Counted from the stretch's first letter, positions 23,647-35,879 are shown. The stretch: DNA of 54,785 nucleotides from Octopus bimaculoides (GCF_001194135.2 NC_068987.1:43626614-43681398), one strand, 5' to 3'. Program-made: numbers and translations. The notes: a model not told the origin generated them from the letters alone.

Positions 23647-24453
23647 TAGTTTTATTTTTATAGCGTGCTTTCACTTCACTACCGAGCGCAGCTCTGTGTG
23701 CCTTGGGTATGTGCTGTGGTTTGCTGTGATACTTTTATGGTTACTGTATTGAAAGTGTTTTGCGTAGGATGTGTGCAGTGCCCAGTAGTGCAATTTTCTG
23801 TATGTTATATATACTTGTAAGTCCTGGTGTTTTTGTTATGTATTTGTCAGAATATCTTTTTATCATACCTAATGTGCCTACTATGATAGGAATTGTTTCT
23901 GTTTTTAGATTCCACATTCGAGTTACCTCNNNNNNNNNNNNNNNNNNNNNNNNNNNNNNNNNNNNNNNNNNNNNNNNNNNNNNNNNNNNNNNNNNNNNNN
24001 NNNNNNNNNNNNNNNNNNNNNNNNNNNNNNNNNNNNNNNNNNNNNNNNNNNNNNNNNNNNNNNNNNNNNNNNNNNNNNNNNNNNNNNNNNNNNNNNNNNN
24101 NNNNNNNNNNNNNNNNNNNNNNNNNNNNNNNNNNNNNNNNNNNNNNNNNNNNNNNNNNNNNNNNNNNNNNNNNNNNNNNNNNNNNNNNNNNNNNNNNNNN
24201 NNNNNNNNNNNNNNNNNNNNNNNNNNNNNGTTGGCATAGCTTCCAGTGTATGTAGGTCCCAGCTCTGTCGTGTCTGTGAATATATTCCTTCTTAGCCAGG
24301 ACTGGGCAACCAGAGATAATATGATTTATTGTTTCTTGTCCATCGCCACATATTCTGCAGTTACTTATTATGTTTCTTTTCATTATATGTTTTTGGTAAT
24401 TTCTGGTGGGGGGCTTTGGTCTTGTGCTGCAATTAAGAATCCTTCAGTCTCTG

Positions 24454-24454
<1 letters not shown>
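23644..24454 (-). mobile_element. Dong/R4-clade LINE, copy 3 (young; CCHC knuckle to 3' UTR)
   Basis: ETEGFLIAAQDQS, CRICGDGQETINHIISGC (CCHC), HRHD, ALLGTAHILRKTL; (AAT)n tail. Confidence 0.92.
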
Positions 24455-24494
<40 letters not shown>

Positions 24495-26217
24495 GGTGGT
24501 GATGTTGGAGAAATGGTAGGGTGTCAGACTACACATTTGGCTAACTTACTTTGTTTGAGTTCAAATCTGGTCAGATCATCACTCTAGCTTTGTTGCAGTA
24601 TGCTTCAGTAACACAATGGCGCATGTTCAATCAACTGTACTCATAATCCTCATAATCCACGAAAAAATTTGTGTCTGTGCCAAGAAGGTAATTTATCATT
24701 ATTGCACCTGTTTTATTAACTGTTCTCATGAGCCACTGACTAAACCTTTGCATGATTTACTGACCTGCTGCTGGAAATAGCAATAGCATTGGGCAGTGTA
24801 ATCCTTGGGAAATATCATCTCTAAAAAAAAGACATGATGGTCACAGCTGTGATGCCTTTGATCATAAGTCTGTTTGACCAGTACTGGCCTGAGATTAAAC
24901 AGCAATAATAATAGTTCTTATGAAATCATTGTACAACTGAAATATCCAAGATGTAGATAATGTAAATAATTCCTCATCTCTTAAATATAGAACTGTATTA
25001 TCTAATCAATATGAAGCCGACATTAGACTTCAATGAATAGATATAGAGAAACTCCATCAAAAACTAACTCGTCTTTCAAACCATCTAACTTTCCTGTGTA
25101 GATGTAGAGACTCAGAGCTAATACCACCTGGCTTGAATATAATGACACCAGTGGATTCATATAAAGCTTGAAAAGTAACAGAAAGGGCAGGACATGCTCT
25201 TGACCATGAGAGGATCCATTACAACCATTGGAAAAAAACATCAACTAAATTACGAAATCAGAGAGAGGTTATCTTCATTACTTAGAAAAATAACCAGAGA
25301 TGATGATAGAAAGAGAATCCAACAAGATCTAGAAAAGTCATACTTGAAAGAATCTGAAAAGGTGAAGACATGCCAAATTAAGAAGTTTATGAAACTCAAA
25401 GGTCAGAGAATGAAGACTGAAGTCCATCACCCACCTGTGAAAGCAGTACTAAACAAAGGTCTCAACTTTGCAACAACCATCAAGTGCATTCCATACTTGG
25501 ACATAATAGCCCCTATTGAAGAGATAGCCATAAAGATATCAAAAGCTCAGGGAGATGAACTAAGGTGGAAAGTGAGACAGGTACTAGAAAAAGCGAAACT
25601 TCCCAAACCAAACATCACTAAGGAAGAAAAGTTCACTATCAAAAGACTACAGAGTGACAATTCCATCATAATACTTCCAGCAGACAAGGGAAATGCTACA
25701 GTAGTGATGAACAAGTCTGACTACTAGGAAAAATTGGCAAAGTAAAGAAAGACTCAACTCTTAAAACAGAGAAGAAGTTGTCACAGATCTTGATTAAGAA
25801 CAAGGATCACTTTACACCAATGAAGTACAGAGAACTGACTCAACACTACAGTAAACTACCACATATGTACGGTCTTCCCAAGATTCACAATGATGGTATT
25901 CCATTAAGACCTATAGTGGAGCTGTAGAGGTTCAGCATGTCATCCACTGAGCCGCTTCCTTGTGGATATAATCAGTTCATTAGCAGCAAAGTCAACATTG
26001 TACGAGAAGAATTCCACCCACCTCACAGAATTGATCAAGGATACTCCTACTGAATCCAACCAGATAGTGAGTCTAGATGTGATAAGTCCCAACTGGTGAA
26101 GCACTATTGGTGATTCAAGAAAAACTAGTGACAGACACCTGTCTAAAAGAATGCACTAGTATACCAATAAGAAACTTGATGGAAATGTTGAGCTTCTGTG
26201 TAGAAACTACCTACTAC

Positions 26218-26440
26218 AAAGGCGGCGAGCTGGCAGAAACATTAGCGCGCCAGGTGAAATGCTCAGCGGTATTTCGTTTGCCGTTACGTTCTGAGTTCAA
26301 ATTCCACCGAGGTCGACTTTGCCTTTCATCCTTTCAGGGTCGATAAATTAAGTACCAGTTACGCACTGAGGTCGATGTAGTCAACTTAATCCCTTTGTCT
26401 GTCCTTGTTTGTCCCCTCTATGTTGGACAATAAAGAAATA
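26218..26440 (+). mobile_element. Young tRNA-derived Deu/Nin-like SINE inserted in the Penelope RT
   Basis: A and B boxes, GGTCGACTTTGCCTTTCATCCTTTC core, 12-bp TSD AAACTACCTACT / AAACTATCTACT. Removal restores FCVETTYFSMD. Confidence 0.9.
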
Positions 26441-27176
26441 AAAAACTATCTACTTCAGTATGGACACTGATATATATCGACAAGAAGAGGGTTTAGCTAT
26501 GGGTTCATCATTATTACCAATAATAGCCAATATATACATGGAATACTTTGAGAATTTGGCTTTAGGATAAACACCACTAAAACCAACCCTATGGCTGCGA
26601 TATGTTGGTGACACCTTTATACTCTGGCCCCACCAGGAAGATGTCCAAATGCTGTTAGATCATGTGAACTCAATAAAGCCATCCATATAGTTCACAATGG
26701 AAAAGGAAAAAGACAATCAGCTAGCATTCCTGGACGTATTAATAACACACACCAAATATGGATTCAGGGCATCCATNNNNNNNNNNNNNNNNNNNNNNNN
26801 NNNNNNNNNNNNNNNNNNNNNNNNNNNNNNNNNNNNNNNNNNNNNNNNNNNNNNNNNNNNNNNNNNNNNNNNNNNNNNNNNNNNNNNNNNNNNNNNNNNN
26901 NNNNNNNNNNNNNNNNNNNNNNNNNNNNNNNNNNNNNNNNNNNNNNNNNNNNNNNNNNNNNNNNNNNNNNNNNNNNNNNNNNNNNNNNNNNNNNNNNNNN
27001 NNNNNNNNNNNNNNNNNNNNNNNNNNNNNNNNNNNNNNNNNNNNNNNNNNNNNNNNNNNNNNNNNNNNNNNNNNNNNNNNNNNNNNNNNNNNNNNNNNNN
27101 NNNNNNNNNNNNNNNNNNNNNNNNNNNNNNNNNNNNNNNNNNNNNNNNNNNNNNNNNNNNNNNNNNNNNNNNNNNN

Positions 27177-27493
27177 GTTGGGAAAAAGTTCTTCATCCAC
27201 CTTATTCTCCTGACCTTGCTCCTCCAGACTACAATTTGTTTTGTAGTTTACAAAATCATTTGGAGGACATAACTTTCACAAGCCAGGAGGAGATCGAAAC
27301 TGATATTACAGAGTTCTTCACTTTAAAACCAAGAGAGTTTTACATTGATGTGATTAAAAAGCTTGTAAATAGATGGAAGGAAGTCATAGATAATCAGGGA
27401 AAGTACATTGATGATAAAATTTCAATTAAATGTAACATTTGATCACTTGTTTTCTTTATTCAAAATTCAGACAGAACTTATGGGATGACCTGG
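27177..27493 (+). mobile_element. Mariner 3' end nested in the Penelope endonuclease
   Basis: HPPYSPDLAPPDYNLF...RWKEVIDNQGKYID and a TIR ending ATGACCTGG|TA. Roughly 90% identical by eye to 13030-13349. Confidence 0.92.
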
Positions 27494-27671
27494 TAATAGA
27501 CAGAGAACACCACTTGAAAATAGAAAAACTAAAAGCAGCACATATGCTAGGACAAAACAACCTCCTAAGCAGACCGAGTGCAGATATGAATAGTATATGG
27601 GAACCGGTATTAAGGAAGGATAGAATAATATTAGATTTATAAGCCCTAAATTTCACTCCATAATTGCCCAC

Positions 27672-27780
27672 AGGCATATGGCGTAGTGGTTAAGAGCGTG
27701 AGCTACTAACCCTAAGATTCCAAGTTTGATTCCAGGCAGTGACCTGAATAATAATAACTAATAATAATAATAATAATAAT
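27672..27780 (+). mobile_element. Short tRNA-head SINE with (AAT)n tail
   Basis: TGGCGTAGTGGTTAAG A box and GTTTGATTCC B box, followed directly by (AAT)n; no cloverleaf 3' acceptor arm. Confidence 0.7.
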
Positions 27781-29139
27781 ATTGAAAAATATCTTAGGAA
27801 TGAGAACCCAGGTTCAAAATTTCCCCAAGTCACCTGATGACGGCTGGAAACAAGATGAGGACAAATATCCATCAAATGTAAATAATGTGATAGAGGATTT
27901 GTCTACAAGCTCACAAGTTTTCAGTTTAAATCCACTGGAGGTATTTTGTCATGTATTTGGATAGTTAATTTTTATGTGAACCATTCTAAGCTGTTGACAA
28001 TAATAGTGCTCCAATATGGCAACAGCTCACAGGCTCCAATATGGTAACAGCTCACAGGCTGAAACAGGTAAAAGAGCATAAGAATAAATGTGATTAGGAG
28101 CCAGATTGATTTTTACTGGGAATTTAACCTGCAACACATCCTGCCAGTAGCTTGACTCACTTCCCATTGATGATATGAAAGCAAATAGATATTTTATATT
28201 CAATGCACCCAGTATTCCACCCCCCTACCTTCTCTTCATTCTGGAGTGGTGTATTTTTTTGGTTCATTGATTTTTAAATATTTGGGAAGTCTGTCATGGT
28301 CTGTTTCTCATATCTTTTGCCTGGCTTTCAATCTTGGAGCATGATATTCGTAATCAGTGTGTTAGGTGTCACTCCTAAATTTCCCTCCAGAAAGTTGTGA
28401 CATCCATTATGTTAGAGACCTTTACTTTCACTGGAAGCCAGAACTGGTCAAGTGATGGATGAAATGCCTTGCATAACCTACATAGTTATGTTTCTTTATG
28501 TTCTGAATTCACATCTTTGCAGGTAGTAGGAGGAGGTTGATAAAATATGTATTGGTTAGTTCAGGAGGAGGGATTCAATACAATATACACTGGTCGGTCA
28601 TGTATTGAGGTTAATCTAATCAATCGTACCCTTCTCCAAAAATTCTTTGTCTTGTGTTTGTGCTGGAAAATATTGCTACATTGGAAGGTATAGAAATGAT
28701 AGAATTTAGAACTAAATGCTTTATGCATCTTCCTATTCTGAGTTTGCTTTCTGCCTAGGTTCGATTTTCTCCTTTCTTTACTACTAATCTGAGTGTTTTC
28801 AGAAAGTTTCTAGAATATACATATTCTTATTGTAGCATTCAACAGAAATGTGAGCAAGCTAGTGAGCATTTGATAGTCAGCTTAATGTCTATGTGCAAAT
28901 AGGATTCATGCCATTTATTCAGGTTTAATTATTATACAAGGCTTTGTAACATGTTAAAATGGTTCACTGATTTTAAGGAAGCAACACCTACTAATTTTCT
29001 TTAAATTTTCATTTATCCTTTTGATGGATACCTGCATTTAGTTTCTTCTGCTAGTAGTCATATGCTTGGCTCAAAGCTTAGGTGTGAGTTAATGTCATAA
29101 ACAAATGATTACCATGACTGATTCAAGAACCAAACTTAA

Positions 29140-29830
29140 TCCTTGAAACTAATTTTCCCTCACTGCAAGAGTACAATGGTTTATAAACTCAATCAATGTG
29201 ACTGCATCAAATTTTGCCTGAAGTTAGTAATTCTGCTCCCAAGAAGCTGGAAATGTTTTGTCAGGCTTTTAACAGACATTATTTTAATCAAACATAAGAT
29301 TTACAATGGTCAAGTGTTGTTTCAAGACTGGCCAAGTGTTGGTTCAAGATGATGAGTATTCACTTGCAAGCACATCATCATTTTGTAGTTTGTTTGTTTG
29401 GTTTGAGTTCAAACCCTATGAAGTCACAAGTGATTTTTGTCTTTTGTCACTCTTGCTTTGATGATATATGCACCAGTAATACCCTGAAATTGACCACAAA
29501 GTGACCAATAACCAGCAAGCATTTACAAGTAATAAACTAAGTCTGACCACAAAGTGACCAATCACTTGCAAATGATATACTGAGGCTGGCCACATGTAAC
29601 CAGTCACCTGTAAATATGTACTACTAATATACTGGAGATGACCACTGGATAATCAGTCACCAGCAAAATGCCAGAAAATTTTGAAAAAAAAAATTGTTGA
29701 ACTTAACCATGAGAGTCATCACCTCACAATCCATGAGTTCTGTCACATGATAGGACTCAGTTATGTGGCAATTTACGTGCTCTGTCACAACATAAGAACC
29801 AGGTATGTGGCGCAACAGCAGTTGTTGAAC
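29140..29830 (+). mobile_element. Very old mariner N-terminal remnant
   Basis: QCDCIKFCLKL (cf. QR.CIKFC.KL) and HLTIHEF..MIGLSY HTH-like segments. Confidence 0.5.
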
Positions 29831-30709
29831 ACCCTTTATCTTTGCTTGACATGTCCTTCTGTGGAAGTTGAAACTAAAGTACACTGCTTCAAGATGGTAG
29901 TTGAAATTTAAACTGAATCACAAGGTGGTATTAGATGGCATTCAGAAAGGGGACTGCTGTGGTGCTTTTGAGGCTTGGAAGACATGCTGGGATCACTAAA
30001 TTCATTGTTTTCAAATTTTCTGTTTAAATACCTTTATTTCAATTGAAACGAAGTTATTTCAACAGAAGCATGTATCAGAGGTTAAAACGCAGAATTGTAG
30101 ATCTTTTTTATCCTTTTAGAACACAACTACGTGTTTGACCTATGATACTAACATATGATATATTCAGATGTCGGCTATTATTACAGTCACCTAATATTTA
30201 AAAAATGTATTTGTAACAAATATTTTGTATGTCTTCTGAACTAACCCATTATTATAGTAGGCTTGGTTAGATTTTTAATAAGGTTATAGTATTTCATTTA
30301 TAATGTTTCTTGATAATGTCTTTCAATAGACTTTTTATATGAATTATTCTTTTGTTTTTCTTTTCTTTCTTGCTTTCTGTTTCTTTTTCTTTGATTACTA
30401 TTAATACAGATAGCAGAATTTTTTGCATTAAGTTAAAGCAACATTTCCATCATATATATAAATAGGTAGGTTTTAGAAGGTTTCTTTTAAATAATATATA
30501 TTATATTAGTTTTTTTTTTGTTTTGATACTTTGACATGGGATTAATGCTGCCCATCTTTAATTTACATCCTAGATTGGACAAATAGAAGAAAATGAATTT
30601 TTTTAGGGTTTATGATATTTATTTAATTTTTTAAAAGGAAGTGCTACCTATTGGTGTTCAATGAATTCTCCCTAACTATAATAATAGTTTTAGTCAGGTA
30701 AAATTTTAA

Positions 30710-31075
30710 TTGGTTTTAATTTGGTAAAAAAAAAAATTGTATAAATTTGTGTTGTATTTTTTGTATGTATCTGTGATACTATTTGAAATTAGATACTTGT
30801 AAACGTCCTTATCAACCGCATATAAGTTTTTTGTCTTGTCAGAATTAACGAAGATCTTATTTGAGTTGTTAATTTCTGTAATTTTTTCTTTCATATATCT
30901 CTGTAGATAGTTAGTATATTTACGGAATGTAATTTTTCTAATAAGATCGAAAAGGTCTTTTTCGAAGGCTTCTAATTCCAGAATAGGTGGTGGATTCCTG
31001 GAAGATTTAAGTCTGTATTTGTTTCCGTTAGTTTTCTGTTTAGTGTCAAGGCACGTAGATGCGCACTCTTCTACT
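30710..31075 (-). mobile_element. Penelope-like N-terminal fragment with DKT motif
   Basis: Y.LKSSRNPP.I.EL.AFEKDLFDLI..I.FR...IFVNSDKTKNLY...Y..L....IT..YKK; DKT replaces the DKG of the 25-kb element. Confidence 0.7.
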
Positions 31076-32418
31076 ATGTCTTCTCTGTCTATCTCTCTCC
31101 CTCTCTTGTTCTTCATCCTTTTGTGTTTTTCTCTCACCCTTTCCCTATTCTTCTCTCCCTTTCACCGTTCCCTCTCTCTCTCTCTCACTCTTCCTCCTTG
31201 ACCCTCTCGTCGCTAACATGTGACAAAAGGGAATCTGTCTTTCTGTTCACTTCCTTGCTAAAGAAAAGATGTGCCTTTTCCTATCTCCTCATGGCTCATC
31301 TACCTAGCGTTCATAATAATATTTCTACCGTCTTAGCTCAACAGCCCTCACCGTTTGTTTTTACTGTCTTGTTCTCACTGTCCTGTTCTTGTTAACACTT
31401 TCACCCTCCACAAAAAATCCCAAATTTTATTTAATTTGCTTTGCGGGAAGAACTTTCTACGAAGTCGCGTATTGTCCTTGCCTTCAAAACGCGGAGTAGA
31501 TGAAACAGGGACAACTGATGAAGGGGTATACTCTTTATGTGACATGTCTTGTTTCTCTGTTTGTTCTTTTTGTTGTTCGAAAAAAGTTTGTTTTCTATGT
31601 TTTCATTTCTCATTGTGTCTATCGTTTTTTTGATGTCCTGTACCCATATATGCATGTATGTATACATATAGATGTAGGTATGTACATATATGTATGGATA
31701 TATGCATATATTTATATATTATTTATATTATTATATGATCGANNNNNNNNNNNNNNNNNNNNNNNNNNNNNNNNNNNNNNNNNNNNNNNNNNNNNNNNNN
31801 NNNNNNNNNNNNNNNNNNNNNNNNNNNNNNNNNNNNNNNNNNNNNNNNNNNNNNNNNNNNNNNNNNNNNNNNNNNNNNNNNNNNNNNNNNNNNNNNNNNN
31901 NNNNNNNNNNNNNNNNNNNNNNNNNNNNNNNNNNNNNNNNNNNNNNNNNNNNNNNNNNNNNNNNNNNNNNNNNNNNNNNNNNNNNNNNNNNNNNNNNNNN
32001 NNNNNNNNNNNNNNNNNNNNNNNNNNNNNNNNNNNNNNNNNNNNNNNNNNNNNNNNNNNNNNNNNNNNNNNNNNNNNNNNNNNNNNNNNNNNNNNNNNNN
32101 NNNNNNNNNNNNNNNNNNNNNNNNNNNNNNNNNNNNNNNNNNNNNNNNNNNNNNNNNNNNNNNNNNNNNNNNNNNNNNNNNNNNNNNNNNNNNNNNNNNN
32201 NNNNNNNNNNNNNNNNNNNNNNNNNNNNNNNNNNNNNNNNNNNNNNNNNNNNNNNNNNNNNNNNNNNNNNNNNNNNNNNNNNNNNNNNNNNNNNNNNNNN
32301 NNNNNNNNNNNNNNNNNNNNNNNNNNNNNNNNNNNNNNNNNNNNNNNNNNNNNNNNNNNNNNNNNNNNNNNNNNNNNNNNNNNNNNNNNNNNNNNNNNNN
32401 NNNNNNNNNNNNNNNNNN

Positions 32419-33677
32419 GGTACAAGATTTTCTGGGCAGGGAACACTGACGGGGTCGGGGGCGTGGGTATACTTCTTGCGGAGAAATGGGTTGATAAGGT
32501 AATTGAGGTAGTCAGAGTATGCGATAGAATACTTAAGATTAGATTAGTCCTTCATCATGGGTTAGCAACCATTATCTTTGACTATGCCCCTCAACTGGGA
32601 CTACCTGATGGGCAGAAAGACCGATTTTATGACATCCGCTTGTAGACTACTTTGTTGACGAATGACAGGGACCTTCTCTTTGTGGCTGGTAACTTCAATG
32701 GACATGTTGCACAACATGCAGAGGGCTTCCATGGCGTACATGGAGGCTATGGCTTTGGTTCCCGCAATGAGGAAGGAACCAGACTGCTGGAGTTCTGCAA
32801 TACAAATGATCTTATGGTTTGCAATACCAACTTCAGGAAACCTGCCAGTCACCTACTGTTCTGGCAGACACATCAGCCAAATTGACTACATCCTCGCCAG
32901 AAAAAGGGAAAGAGGGCTGCTTATAAATGTCTAAACCTTCCCAAGCGAAGGATGTACCCCTCAACATAGACCAGTAGTTAGCGACTTTGGGATCAGGGCT
33001 AATTGGATGCCCAGAAGACGACGAGTATGGAGGAGAAAGGTCTGAAAGCTTAAAAATCCTGCAAATGGACAGAGACTTAGAGACATTTTACTCGAAGCCT
33101 TTGATGAAATAGAAGGGGATATAGCATCACATAATGTGGAAGACAACTGGATGTTTCTATGGGACAACCTGCTCGGATGAGGTGGTGAAGCATGACCTTC
33201 GAACATTAGGCATCACCGAGGCAATGACTAGTGACTGAAATATGCTGTGCTTAAGAAGACCCGGCAAACCAAGTGAGACCATAACCTGTGGCCTATATCA
33301 GTGGTGTAACCAGCCCACTTAGGTGTACCTTTCTTTCATTAGACACTAAACTCTGCTTGTGAAGACCTGTTGAGGCAAGTGAATTCGAAATCGAAATCAA
33401 ATCCGATGACAGCACCGTATGACTGGCATCCGTGCTAGTGGAGCGCTAAGAGCACCATCCGAATGTGATCGTCACCAGGGCTGCTGACTGGCCCCTGTGC
33501 TGGTGGCACGTAAAAGGCACCGCCATACTGGCACTTGTGCCGGTGGTATGTGGAAAACAACAATCGAGCGAGAGCATTGCCAGTGCCGCAGGACTGGCTC
33601 CTGTGTAGGTGACACGTAAAAACACCATTTGAGCGTGGCCAATGCCAGTACCACCTGACTGGCCCTCGTGCCGGGGA
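32419..33677 (+). mobile_element. RTE LINE: APE endonuclease joined to the 3' end (RT deleted)
   Basis: GVGILL, YAPQ, GNFNGHV, GYGFGSRNEEGTRLLEFC, NTNFRK, QIDYIL, QHRPVVSDF. At ~33174 it jumps to the EVVKHDLRTLG C-terminus and 3' UTR. Confidence 0.9.
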
Positions 33678-34690
33678 TCCTGTCAACGGCTTTCTCTGAG
33701 TCAACAAAAGCCAAGAACAGAGGTTTGTTTCCGGCTGTGTATTTCTCCTGCAGCTGCCTTACCAGAAATATAGCATCAGTGGTGCTTCTACCTGGCACAA
33801 AACCAAACTGTTATTACCTTTACCTTTGTAGCAGTTGACTATTGTGCTGCTACACCAGTCATTGAATATGTCTCATTCGTGAACCATCTGATTTACAATA
33901 CGGGTAACTAGACCATAACTCACACCGTCAGATATGTTAAGCATCTCAGTGGTGATTCCTGATGATCATGGGGCTTTCTCTGTCTTCATACCCATAAGTG
34001 CTTTATCTACCAGGGTACTATTGATTTGGGTAGCTGATCCCTCAATAGGGCCAGCATTTATCAGACTCTCCTCCTCCCATTCATTCTCCACTTTCAGCAA
34101 TCTTTCATAATGGCATTGTAAAGCTTCTTTCTTTGCAGAATCATTAAATGCAAGTGCACCATCATACATGCAGACATATTTCTCTCAAATGACATCACAA
34201 TTCTCTCTCATGCACTGTCTTACAATCAGAAATACTTCAGTTCTTAGGTCCTCACATCGCTGAACCTAGGCAAACTTCTTTTCTGCTTCTCCTTTGGCTA
34301 AATATACTTGTCTCCAAGCTTCCCTTCTGGGTATCTGATACAGTTCCCTGCTACCCCCCACTCTTCCAGGCCTGTTTCTTTGGTCTTAATGGCCCTGTCT
34401 TCAGTATCATTCCACCACCACATTACCCTACATTTGGAAGGGACTTTGCATCACCCGCAGATTTAGTCTGTGGAACTCAGCAAGCTGTTCCACAAGAACT
34501 CCGAGTTGCTCTCTGTGTCACAAGTCTGTAGCTCCTCCTCCCTTCCATCAAATTTCTCAATTAGATTGTCCCTAAATCTCTAACCGTATGAAGAGTCTTT
34601 AAGCTTTCAAATCCTTCTTTTCCAAATTGGTGTGCTTCTTGGCATCCTTCTGGCCTGGAGTCTAAAGTTACTAATGACTAGTCTATGCTG
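33678..34690 (-). mobile_element. Older RTE LINE internal fragment (linker + RT N-half)
   Basis: MWWWND, HYERLL.VENEW, MKTEKAP, PGRSTTDAIFLVRQLQEKY, AFVDSEKAVDRIP. Confidence 0.88.
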
Positions 34691-34799
34691 GAAGGGTATG
34701 TATATATATGTGTGTGTTTCTTTGTGTCTGTGTTCCCCCACACACACACACAAGACTAGGAATTTTTTACAGGGGCAGGGGTATTTGAGGATGGGGAAC

Positions 34800-35230
34800 T
34801 TGTGTTAGAGGATAAAAGGTTAGAGTGTGACAGAGAGGCAGAAACAGGTGTCTTGCTATAATGGAGGGGGCATTGGAGTGGTGATTTTGTGTTAGATGAT
34901 GAAAGGTGAGAGTGTGATAGAGAAAGAGAGAGGCAGAAATAGGTGTCTTGCTATAGAGGAGGTACATGGTTACCCAGAGAGAGAGAGAAAGAGAGAAAAG
35001 AAAGTGAGGAAGAGAGAGAGATACAAAAAAAGAGGACAGAAACAGGTGTGCTGTTGTAAAGGAGATACTTGGTTACCTAGTCAGAGGAAAAACAAGAGAA
35101 GGAGAGAGTGACCAAGAATGAAGGCAGAAATAGGTGTGCTGCTGTAGAGGAGATACATGGCTACCCAGCCAGAGGGAAGAGCAAGGGAAAGAGAGAGAGA
35201 GTGGGGAAATAGCAAAAGTGCAGGAGAGAG
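34800..35230. repeat. Purine-rich degenerate tandem repeat (~95-100-bp period)
   Basis: GGCAGAAA(C/T)AGGTGT..TGCT(A/G)TA recurs at ~34838, 34932, 35037 and 35124. Confidence 0.65.
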
Positions 35231-35879
35231 CTGAAGTTCCAGAGTATACTCACAAGTAACAAGGATTAGAACATAGATGTGATGGAAGAGTAAGGAAAAG
35301 TGAGGCACAGAGGTCATAATATATGCAGTCAGCTATTGCCTAGAAGACAGAAGTAGGGGTGGTGATTGCAGTGACTGGTGAAAACCTGAGTATAAAAATA
35401 GTGTGAGGAAAGCAGTGATACAATAAAGGTAGGGAAGGGGATTGGAAGATAATCATAGTTTATGATGAGGAAATGTGAGGAAGAGAAAGATGCAGTTTAG
35501 AAGAAGGGATGTAGTTCGGTTTCTTGGGGTAGGATGTGGGAAATGTTTGTTGTTACATGTGGGTAGGACACAACACTTCTAGCACTCAATTTCGCTGATG
35601 TGGATGGGTCTTCTCTAGAACCTCTTATCACCAAACATCTTGGTCCATTGTCATTTCCTTCATGAGACCCAACATCCTAAGATCAGTCCTCACCATGATA
35701 TATGATGTATATATCTTTTATCTTTTACTTGTTTTAGTCATTAGACTGCAGCCATGCTGGAGCACTGCCTTAAAGAATAATTTAGTTGAATGATCAACCC
35801 CAGTACTCTTTATTGGTCTCCTTTGCTGAAACACCAAGTTACGGAAAAGTAAACACACCAACTGTCAAAGAGAAAGTAA

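Larger units (their letters stand above)
24945..27900 (+). mobile_element. Near full-span Penelope-like retroelement (decayed), with nested SINEs and a mariner
   Basis: NHLTFLCRCR, KGLNF, LPADKGNATVVMNKSDY, MYGLPKIH-GIPLRPIV, VSLDV, GLAMGS, RYVGDT, LAFLDV, then IDREHH.K..KLKAAHML. AAATATCC...ATGT..ATAATGT recurs at 24945 and ~27863 (terminal repeat). Confidence 0.9.

Noticed and set aside
27672-27745. Possible tRNA gene (likewise the heads at 2119 and 26218)
   Set aside because: Only A/B boxes are present, with no complete cloverleaf; these are SINE heads with repeat tails or TSDs.
32419-34690. One RTE rearranged by inversion or twin priming (EN on +, RT on -)
   Set aside because: Both pieces contain the same post-EN segment (QHR.V.S.F to W..LL) in clearly diverged form, so they are two independent insertions.
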